This document shows positions 1 through 7,477 of a DNA stretch of 31,377 bases, piece by piece. The position numbers and the translations under genes are program-made. The DNA lies in the NCBI GenBank assembly GCA_049472315.1, contig JBLIRN010000036.1:1-31377 (forward strand). The letters run 5' to 3'. This stretch comes from a bacterium (GTDB taxonomy: Bacteria; SZUA-182; DTGQ01; JAFGSM01). Position 1 is the first letter of the stretch. The number at the start of each line of letters is the position of its first letter. The notes under the pieces were generated by a model. It saw nothing but the letters and a program-made list of their open reading frames with translations. It did no database searches and was not told where the DNA came from.

Positions 1-212
1 GGGGTGGTGTATATCCCGGAGTCATTTGTTTGTGAAGTCATTTACCGTCCATTATCTGGGGCGTCTTGAAAAACGGCCTTTTTCACTCAAAGGATTCGCT
101 GGTTGGTTCCTTATTCAATCCTGTAAGCCACATGCATGGCAGGGTTTACTCTCTACTCGTGTAATCCCTCGCCTCGTGGGGCAACGTTAAAAATCTCCAT
201 TAAATGAAATGC

Positions 213-285
213 TTCTTACGGTTGGGGTAGCTAAATCCGATTTTTTCGTACGGCCGAAATAGTCGATTCCGATGTATTCGTACGG
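213..285. repeat. Degenerate 32-bp-period direct repeat (TTC(T/G)TACGG core, 3 copies)
   Basis: TACGG cores at 217, 249 and 281; TCCGAT at 236 and 268. Units 213-244 and 245-276 align without gaps. Confidence 0.55.
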
Positions 286-301
286 TCCGGAAACACCGGG
301 T

Positions 302-350
302 AGAAAAGGCGAAGCAGGGGCGATCCGCAAAAGGATCGCCCCTGCTCCGC
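302..350 (-). terminator. Intrinsic terminator of the Cys-rich repeat gene
   Basis: 14-bp perfect stem AGCAGGGGCGATCC (313-326) / GGATCGCCCCTGCT (333-346), followed on the minus strand by CTTTTCT; about 25 nt past the stop at 375. Confidence 0.85.
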
Positions 351-374
351 GGTTAACGGTCAAAAACCTAAAGC

Positions 375-2174
375 TTACTCCATATCATTGGTGATCTTCT
401 GCTCGTCGATATAATTGTATGCCGGGCAGGAGCACCCTTCCGGCACATACCATATGCCATGGACCGGATCCTGGGGAAGCGGGAGCGGGCAATAGACATC
501 CGAGAAGGGACACCACGTTTCCACCCCGGGGCACCATGTCTTCACGCCCGGGCAGCGTGTTTCCTCAGCCGGGCACCAGGTCGGCCCTGCCGGGCACGTT
601 GTCCGAACGACCGGGCACATGGTTTCGATGGCGGCGCACGACGTCTTGACCGTGGGGCACCGCGTTTCTGCGGCGGGACACCAGGTCTTGCCCGCTGGGC
701 ATCCCGTCTCCATCACCGGGCAGCATGTCCTGAACGACGGGCATTTTGTTGTCTCGATCGGGCAGCAGGTTTCCTCTACCTTGCAATTCGTGAACGCAAT
801 CGGGCAGACGGTTTGCTCGGCCGGGCACTTGGTCTCACCCGCCGGGCAGGTCGTATACTCGAACGGGCATTGCGTCTCCGCGCTCGGGCAGCACGTCCTG
901 AACGCCGGGCACTCGGTCTCAGCAGCCGGGCATTTGGTCTCGGTAACCGGACACGTGGTGAGATACGGGGGGCACTCGGTTTCCACGGCCGGGCACTTGG
1001 TTTCCCTGGCCGGGCACGTGGTGAACGACGGTGGGCACTGTGTTTCCACGGCCGGGCACTTCGTGTCCCAGGCCGGGCATTCCGTCTCCACAGCCGGGCA
1101 CCTGGTCTGGATGACCGAGCACTTGGTCAGACATGCCGGGCACTCGGTCTCCGCGGCGGGGCACTTTGTCTGTTCAGCCGGACATTTGGTGCAAGACGCC
1201 GGGCACTCGGTCTCCACGGCCGGGCAGCGGGTCTCAGTCGCCGGGCAGCTCGTCCTGGCGGGCGGGCAATGTGTCTCCACAGCCGGGCACTTTGTGTCTG
1301 AAGCCGGGCATTCGGTCTCCACAGCCGGGCACCTGGTCTCGATGACCGAGCACTTGGTCAAACATGCCGGGCATTCCGTCTCCACGGCCGGGCATTTGGT
1401 CTCTGCAACCGGGCAGTTGGTGAAAGATGGCGGGCACTCGGTCTCCACGGCCGGGCAGCGTGTCTCCATCACCTTGCACTCGGTGATAGCCGGCGGGCAG
1501 TTCGTCTCGAAGGGGGGACATTTGGTTCCCATCACCGGGCACTTTGTCTCCTCAGCCGGGCAGCGCGTCTCCAATACCTTACACTCGGTGATAGCCGGCG
1601 GGCATTGCGTCTCTATGGCCGGGCAGCAGGTCTCCACCACCTTGCACTCGGTGAGGTACGGCGGGCATTCGGTTTCCACGGCCGGGCAGCGTGTTTCCAC
1701 CGCCTTGCACTCGGTGATGGTCGGCGGACACTGCGTCTCAGCGGACGGGCACCGGGTCTTGACAGTCGGACATGTGGTAAGGACAACCGGACAGCGGGTA
1801 TGTTCGGTTGGTTGCCTCGTTATGCGCACACATTCGGGGCCGGATGCATCACTACCGTGATATTCGATGAAGCACTGTGCAGGGCAAAAGGATTTGAATA
1901 GATACGCCTCATAGGGTAGGACATCGGGGGAATTGCCGCAGAAACCTCCAAACAGAAGGTTCCCGAAATACTTGTTGGCAATACCCGGAGGCCATAGGTA
2001 ATAGATGGTATTGCCATTCGAATTTCCTTGAAAATCAAAGAACAGCCCGTAATATCCGGGATACGTGGGACCATGGCTGCCCTGATTCTGGGCGTACGCG
2101 GTCATGTGACACAAGACTACGACAATACATATGCACGTACAAAGTGCTATCGTCTTCCATGATCTGATGCTCAT
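375..2174 (-). CDS. Predicted secreted Cys/Pro/Thr-rich heptad-repeat protein (599 aa), function unknown
   Basis: ATG at 2174 preceded by AAAGGGGG RBS (ORF track starts at 2207). Signal-peptide-like N-terminus ending AYA-Q. 61 consecutive C-P-x-x-x-T-x units in which Cys and Thr are kept while codon third positions vary. Followed by a terminator. Confidence 0.85.
   Translation of the reverse strand: MSIRSWKTIALCTCICIVVVLCHMTAYAQNQGSHGPTYPGYYGLFFDFQGNSNGNTIYYLWPPGIANKYFGNLLFGGFCGNSPDVLPYEAYLFKSFCPAQCFIEYHGSDASGPECVRITRQPTEHTRCPVVLTTCPTVKTRCPSAETQCPPTITECKAVETRCPAVETECPPYLTECKVVETCCPAIETQCPPAITECKVLETRCPAEETKCPVMGTKCPPFETNCPPAITECKVMETRCPAVETECPPSFTNCPVAETKCPAVETECPACLTKCSVIETRCPAVETECPASDTKCPAVETHCPPARTSCPATETRCPAVETECPASCTKCPAEQTKCPAAETECPACLTKCSVIQTRCPAVETECPAWDTKCPAVETQCPPSFTTCPARETKCPAVETECPPYLTTCPVTETKCPAAETECPAFRTCCPSAETQCPFEYTTCPAGETKCPAEQTVCPIAFTNCKVEETCCPIETTKCPSFRTCCPVMETGCPAGKTWCPAAETRCPTVKTSCAAIETMCPVVRTTCPAGPTWCPAEETRCPGVKTWCPGVETWCPFSDVYCPLPLPQDPVHGIWYVPEGCSCPAYNYIDEQKITNDME
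513..1793 (-). repeat. Coding 21-bp tandem repeat array (61 heptapeptide units)
   Basis: Recurring gccgggca every 21 bp on the + strand; translation CPAVETE-like from CPVVLTT to CPGVETW with no indels. Confidence 0.95.
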
Positions 2175-3252
2175 TGTTTCCCCCTTTTTCTTGAGATGAT
2201 GAATCATATGATGAATGGGTAAGGAAAGCGTTTATAATCCCTCTGGAGTTTTCACCTCCCTTGTCGATTTCAGTGTGGCCGTACACATAATCGCCTGTTG
2301 TTGGATCATGAAAGTCAATCCGAATGAGTGTTTCTTGTGGGGGGGAGCCTTTATGGAACAAACCGGCATGCAAAAAATCCTCATCAGGACTCATTGTCTG
2401 CCACATAGGCAGGCCATCCAATGCATGCCGCGCATTCATATGCTACCATAGTCATTGGTATGTCACAAATCCCTGAACGACTCCGGTCGGGCATCCATGA
2501 TCGGGAGAAATAAGGGATGATGCACGAACAGACCGGTAGCATGCCATATGATTAAAAAGAGACGTATCACTGGCGGCAGCCCTTACGGTAATCCATATGA
2601 TACCCCATTGTGAGGTCGCATAAAACAGGCGCAATCACATTTCACGGGGGATGATGTCATTCGCCGGGCGCAACAGGAAACCACGCGTAACGCCCATCCT
2701 GCATGTCTGCGCCCTATCAGAGTCGTGCCGGATCTTTTGAATAACATCGTGCAATAAGAAGTATTCCTGGTTGTGCGTCTTATTATAAACGGACTATAAA
2801 CAGGATTGCCCCGTATCCCGATCCCTGCGTTCCTTTCTGCAAACGGCCTTTTCAGGGGAAAATCGCAGGCAGAATCGGTCATTCAGAGTATCATATTTCC
2901 TATTCCCCCGAGTGTTGAAGGACCACTATTCTCCCTTTCTTCTCTTGCACTGCCGGGGGGATAACGGGAGGGGCGATGCGACCTGATATGCAGGTACAGG
3001 TTACGCTGTCAGGAGGTGCCTTTTCCGCCACAATGGTCATAACCTATTGCCGCGTACCGGACTTACACTATGCCTCACGCCCTGGTGAGACGACATAACG
3101 GTAACGAAAGGAGGTGGTAACGTATTCCTTACCACTTGTCAGAATCCATCTTACGGAAAGGAGGGGATGCGCGGAAGTAAACAATAACGATCCTTTAGGG
3201 ATAGAGCACAGTTAGGAATCCACACAATCTTTACCATTGAAGGGATCCAGGT

Positions 3253-3786
3253 ATGTTTGGAACGAAAGGAATATCTAAATGGGCGATTATCGTCCCCGTT
3301 ATTCTTATTGTGTCCATCTTCATTGTTTCTCCATCAATCAACGCCCAATACTGGGCGGCGATTCCTCCGTATAACACCTTGTGGCCTCTCTGGTCTCCTG
3401 TTCTCACCAGCACCAGTTTCAAAACCGGAATCGGGTCGCCCCTTGTGACGAGTCTTACCCCGAGCACGATTCTGCCTGTCCAGCCCGCACTCACATGGGA
3501 TCCGTCCTTGGGCTATCCATGGCTCCTGTTCAACAGCACTCAGGGGCTTGCTTACTGGGATCAGCTCTTTGGATTCAATTTCTGGCCCCCGTCTTACCTG
3601 TTTGATTCGGCCTTAAACAAGCCCATACCGATTACCTTGACCGGCAACTGGTCATCCCTGCCGCCGACCCCCTTTTCATGGGGCAATCAGTGGGTGCCGG
3701 TGGCCAATGCGGGATATCTCACGTGGCCGTACGCAGTGAGTCCTATCGGAACGCTCTTGACCGCTTTGCAGATATGGGGGCTTTGA
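3253..3786 (+). CDS. Predicted secreted Trp/Pro-rich hypothetical protein (177 aa)
   Basis: Lys-containing n-region, hydrophobic h-region, INA-Q cleavage-like site; strong hairpin downstream. Confidence 0.8.
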   Translation: MFGTKGISKWAIIVPVILIVSIFIVSPSINAQYWAAIPPYNTLWPLWSPVLTSTSFKTGIGSPLVTSLTPSTILPVQPALTWDPSLGYPWLLFNSTQGLAYWDQLFGFNFWPPSYLFDSALNKPIPITLTGNWSSLPPTPFSWGNQWVPVANAGYLTWPYAVSPIGTLLTALQIWGL

Positions 3787-3825
3787 GGGCGCATGCATCA
3801 TTGAACATCGGTTTGTTTTGCCTGC

Positions 3826-3870
3826 AACGGCGATCCGCGGATATGCGCGCGGATCGCCGTTTCTGATTTG
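3826..3870 (+). terminator. Probable intrinsic terminator
   Basis: 14-bp perfect stem AACGGCGATCCGCG (3826-3839) / CGCGGATCGCCGTT (3848-3861), then T-rich TCTGATTTG; 40 nt after the stop. Confidence 0.75.
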
Positions 3871-4029
3871 TGTCGACGAGGCAAAGGCCTAGAAAATTTT
3901 CAGAGAGTCAGGATTTTTCGAAGAGGTGGGGTGAGGCTGTGTGCAAGGGAGCCGAAATAAAAGGGGCCCCGCTTCCCCCAGGGATACGGAGAAACCGCAC
4001 GGATCGAAACGGCCTTCCTGCCCGGCGGC

Positions 4030-4401
4030 TTACAGGCAATCCTTGATCATCTTCCAAACCGAGATGTTTCTTTCCAGCAAATCAAGATTGATCGGCTTGC
4101 TGATCAAGGCTGAGGCGCCTTCCTGGAGCAGTTTCAATGCCATCATGGTGTCGGATATGACGGTGATCATGATGACGGTGAGGTCCGTGTAGCGTTTCTT
4201 TATCGCCCTGAGCGTCTCCTCGCCGCCCATGCCGGGCATCACCACATCCAGGAGAACAAGGTTGGGTCTTTCCCGGTCGATGGCCTCCAAGGCCTCTTCC
4301 CCCGAGGCGGCGGACTTGACGCTGTATCCCTTCTGGGTCAGGTAAAGGGATATGGTGTCGCAGATCATGCAATCATCGTCAACAGTCAACACGGTAAACA
4401 T
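4030..4401 (-). CDS. Stand-alone receiver (CheY-like) response regulator, paralog 1
   Basis: VLTVDDD, LVLLD(phospho-Asp)VVMP, IMIT and SKP motifs; ATG 4401 with GAGGGGGAG RBS (ORF track extends to 4455). Confidence 0.9.
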   Translation of the reverse strand: MFTVLTVDDDCMICDTISLYLTQKGYSVKSAASGEEALEAIDRERPNLVLLDVVMPGMGGEETLRAIKKRYTDLTVIMITVISDTMMALKLLQEGASALISKPINLDLLERNISVWKMIKDCL

Positions 4402-4481
4402 CGACTCCCCCTCTTTCCCTGATTTTTCTCCTTGTAACCAACCGCTTTTCCCCATGGAATTCCGCTCTGTTCCTATTATGT

Positions 4482-4508
4482 TTATCGGCCAAAGAGGTCC
4501 CGTCTTTC
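4482..4508 (-). promoter_or_regulatory. Putative sigma28 (FliA/WhiG) promoter
   Basis: Minus strand GAAA-N15-GCCGATAA versus consensus TAAA-N15-GCCGATAA; about 80 nt upstream of the ATG at 4401. Confidence 0.6.
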
Positions 4509-4624
4509 ATCCCCTGCAGGGGGGGTGCAAAAAAGCAGTGAACGGTAAGAATGCAGAAAGGGTGAGGAATCGGTTGACACGGGATGAGGATGCCTTCGCA
4601 TGCGCGGCAGCACGGGGGTGAATC

Positions 4625-4990
4625 CTATGCCTTGAGGGATTCCCACACCGAGAGATTCTTTTCCAGGTATTTGAAATCGATCGGCTTTGTAATGTAATCC
4701 GATGCCCCTTCCGCCAGGAGGTTGAGGGCCTTTTTTTCATCGGTCATAACCGTCACCATTATCACAGGAAGGTCGATATACAGATCCTTGATCTGTTTCA
4801 GGGTCGCCTCTCCTCCCATACCGGGCATGATCATGTCCAGGAGCACCAGATCGGGCTTTTCCATGGAGATCAAATTCAGGGCCTCTTCGCCCGATCGGGC
4901 TGTTCGAACACCATACCCCTTTCCCTTGAGAAAATCGGATATGACATCGCAGATCATGCAATCATCATCGACAGCCAGTATGTTGAACAT
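4625..4990 (-). CDS. Stand-alone receiver (CheY-like) response regulator, paralog 2
   Basis: ILAVDDD, LVLLDMIMP, IMVT and TKP motifs; ATG 4990 with AAGAGGT RBS; about 60% identical to 4030..4401 by manual alignment. Confidence 0.92.
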   Translation of the reverse strand: MFNILAVDDDCMICDVISDFLKGKGYGVRTARSGEEALNLISMEKPDLVLLDMIMPGMGGEATLKQIKDLYIDLPVIMVTVMTDEKKALNLLAEGASDYITKPIDFKYLEKNLSVWESLKA

Positions 4991-5113
4991 GGTCAAGACC
5001 TCTTTTGATAGATGTTTGTGTGTGTTGCACCCCAGGGCTGGCGACTATTCCTGCCCGGAAGGGGTGCCTTCCCCCACCCTTGTTGTCGATTCAACAGCTA
5101 TGCCGTTACCTCT

Positions 5114-5141
5114 TTATCGGTAGAAGATGGCCTTATCTTCG
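5114..5141 (-). promoter_or_regulatory. Putative sigma28 promoter
   Basis: Minus strand GAAG-N15-ACCGATAA, about 124 nt upstream of the ATG at 4990; parallels the site at 4482-4508. Confidence 0.45.
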
Positions 5142-5446
5142 GCGATTTGTCACCTTTTTTGGGATGTTTCCACGGTCGCGGCACAGTCAGGAGGAGGACG
5201 GCCCTGAGGGGCCTCCGGTATATCTGCTGAATGCCGCGTGGGTGAAGGGAAATGACGCCCTCCGGGAAACGCCGGATAAAGGCCGATAAGGAATTATGGA
5301 ACGGTTTCCATAGATAGGACGGAAAGGGGCGTCTATTCCACAATACGCGCCAAGTGCTTGACGGATAATGGAAGTTCGACTAAGATACGTCGTAACCATT
5401 GGTGTAGACAATAAAAAGGCCTTCATTCATGTAGATGGGAGGAAGG

Positions 5447-7474
5447 ATGAGGCAGGCCCGGAAGCGACCCAGAATCGACCACATCCCCAAGATGAGCCAG
5501 GATCTTTCCGATCCATGGGAAGCGACACCCTCGCGGATACTGGTGGTGGACGACGAGGAGGCGATCAGGGAATCGATCAAGGAATTTCTCAGGTCCATCG
5601 GATTCCTGGTCTTTACCAGTGCGGAGCCATCCCAGGCCCTTGAAATCGTCAAGAATCAGTTCCTGCACCTGGTCATTCTGGATCTCCACCTGGAAGAGGC
5701 GGATGGCACCGAGCTTCAGCAGAAAATCGCAGCGCTGAGCCCGGATACCGCAGTGATTATCATCACCGGGTATGAGAGCCTTGATTCCGTGCGCAAGACC
5801 TTCAAGGCGGGTGCCTACGACTATTTGACGAAGCCGATCAGACTCTCCACCCTCCAAAACGTGGTGAAAAACTGTCTCGAGCGGCAGCGGCTGGAACTGG
5901 AGAATCGCCGATTGCTGAAACAGCTCAAACAGACCTGCGAGCAACTGAAGGAACGCGAAGGTGCCCTCGTTGCAAAGGCTGCGGAGGCGGATTACTACCT
6001 GAACAACATCCTGGAAAAGGCGAACGACATCATTTTCACCCTCGACGGCGACGGCAGGTTCACATACGTGAATCCCAAGATCGAGGCATTGGGCCACCCC
6101 AGGGATACACTGATCGGCAGTTCCTTCTTTTCGTTGCTCTTTGAAAAGGCGGATGCGGTGACCCTGAACCGGTCCATGGCTATGGAAAGACCGCAGGAGT
6201 GGGAGATCTCCCTGAGGGATTCCGCCGGCAAGGAGCGGCCCATGATCATCAGCACCTCCCCGGTTCACGATGCGTACCGTGGTTTTACCGGGGTGCTGGG
6301 AATTGCCCTGGATCTTGCCGATCCCGGCAGGCTGCGCGCGAGATTCAGAGGCCTTCCGATGCCCGAGGGAAACCAGGAACATCCTCCCGCCGAGTCTTTG
6401 CAATCCATGTCCGTGTACCACCAGGGAGTGCTCGACGGCATCCCTGCCGGGATCGCCCTCATCGGCAGGGATGGGAATACCCTCTTCGCGAACCGGCCGT
6501 TCCTGGATCTCTTCGGCCGTGCATACGAAGAGGTCGTCAATCATCCCCTTGCCGACTCTCTACCCCCCGATCTCCTTTCCTGCGTGCAACCGATCATCGA
6601 GCGAGGCATGCGGGGTGAAACCGTGCTTCCCAAGGATGCGGCCATGGAGGGAGATCTGCACCAGGGAAGGACATTGGAGATCAGGCTCATCCCCTTCTAT
6701 GGCCAGGCGGGAGGGGAGCCGGACGCCCTTCTCATCATCGAGGAGGTGACCCGAACCAGGGCGATGGCACAGCAGCGCACGCGCAGGGAAAGGATGGAGG
6801 CCATGCTCCAACTCGCCTCAGGTGTGGCCCATGAGGTTCGAAACCCCCTCTCCGCCATATCCGGCTCCCTTCAGTATCTGCATTCCATTATGGAGGGGGA
6901 GAAAAATCCGCTGCGGGAGCATCTGGGGGTGATGTCCGAAAGCTGTGAATTGATCGACTCGATCATCAACGAATTGATGAACTTTGCCCGTCCGCGCTCC
7001 CTGTCCTTCGCAACGACCGATATCAATGCATGCGTGCAAAGAATGGCGTCCCTGTTGGGTGGAAGGTGCCGCAGGAGGCATATCGAGGTGCGGCTTGAAC
7101 TCGACGAGGGTCTGCCGCCGATCGCGTGTGACGAAGAGTATATCGGCCAGGTATTCATCAACCTGACGGTAAATGCGATCCAGGCCATGCCGCATGGTGG
7201 AACCCTTACCATATGCACACGGAATGAGCCCATCCACCAGAGGGTGGAGGTTCTGTTTCAGGATACCGGGTCCGGAATCAAACCGGATGAGACCGAGCGG
7301 GTCTTCGAGCCCTTCTTTTCGAATAAGAGCAAGGGAATCGGCCTGGGATTGACCGTTTCCAAACGGATCATCGAGGATCACTTCGGAAGGATCTGGATAG
7401 AGAGTGAGGAAGGGAAGGGTACCCGCGTATACATGCAGTTGCCCTATCGCACGCAACCAAAGGGGAGGGAGTGA
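5447..7474 (+). CDS. Cytoplasmic hybrid sensor histidine kinase (REC-PAS-PAS-HisKA-HATPase)
   Basis: RILVVDDE...LVILD...TKP receiver; two PAS-like segments (DIIFTLDGDGRFTYVN; GIALIGRDGNTLFAN); H-box VAHEVRNPL, N-box NLTVNAIQAM, DTGSGI, FEPFF, GIGLGL. Start uncertain (5435/5447/5492). Confidence 0.92.
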   Translation: MRQARKRPRIDHIPKMSQDLSDPWEATPSRILVVDDEEAIRESIKEFLRSIGFLVFTSAEPSQALEIVKNQFLHLVILDLHLEEADGTELQQKIAALSPDTAVIIITGYESLDSVRKTFKAGAYDYLTKPIRLSTLQNVVKNCLERQRLELENRRLLKQLKQTCEQLKEREGALVAKAAEADYYLNNILEKANDIIFTLDGDGRFTYVNPKIEALGHPRDTLIGSSFFSLLFEKADAVTLNRSMAMERPQEWEISLRDSAGKERPMIISTSPVHDAYRGFTGVLGIALDLADPGRLRARFRGLPMPEGNQEHPPAESLQSMSVYHQGVLDGIPAGIALIGRDGNTLFANRPFLDLFGRAYEEVVNHPLADSLPPDLLSCVQPIIERGMRGETVLPKDAAMEGDLHQGRTLEIRLIPFYGQAGGEPDALLIIEEVTRTRAMAQQRTRRERMEAMLQLASGVAHEVRNPLSAISGSLQYLHSIMEGEKNPLREHLGVMSESCELIDSIINELMNFARPRSLSFATTDINACVQRMASLLGGRCRRRHIEVRLELDEGLPPIACDEEYIGQVFINLTVNAIQAMPHGGTLTICTRNEPIHQRVEVLFQDTGSGIKPDETERVFEPFFSNKSKGIGLGLTVSKRIIEDHFGRIWIESEEGKGTRVYMQLPYRTQPKGRE

Positions 7475-7477
7475 GCA

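Noticed and set aside
619..1860. 413-aa + strand ORF (AGHxVSx repeats) and other overlapping ORFs
   Set aside because: Antisense shadows of the stop-free 21-bp repeat. The minus-strand frame has the RBS, signal peptide and terminator.
375..2174. Multiheme cytochrome, metallothionein or RiPP-precursor reading of the Cys-rich protein
   Set aside because: No CxxCH motifs; large and apparently exported; no radical SAM, YcaO, lanthipeptide or peptidase genes in the window (left flank not visible).
2323..2395. Hammerhead-like words on the minus strand (GTC-CTGATGA...GAAAC with AATGAGT/ACTCATT pairing)
   Set aside because: GTC abuts CTGATGA, leaving no stem I, and no closing stem II pair precedes GAAA. 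The topology is incompatible with a hammerhead.
2035..2439. 134-aa minus-strand ORF upstream of the Cys-rich gene
   Set aside because: Overlaps the better-supported gene by 140 bp in another frame; no RBS or recognisable motif.
71..4016. AAACGGCCTT recurring near 71, 2841 and 4007
   Set aside because: Also occurs inside the rplW coding sequence; no consistent spacing or context.
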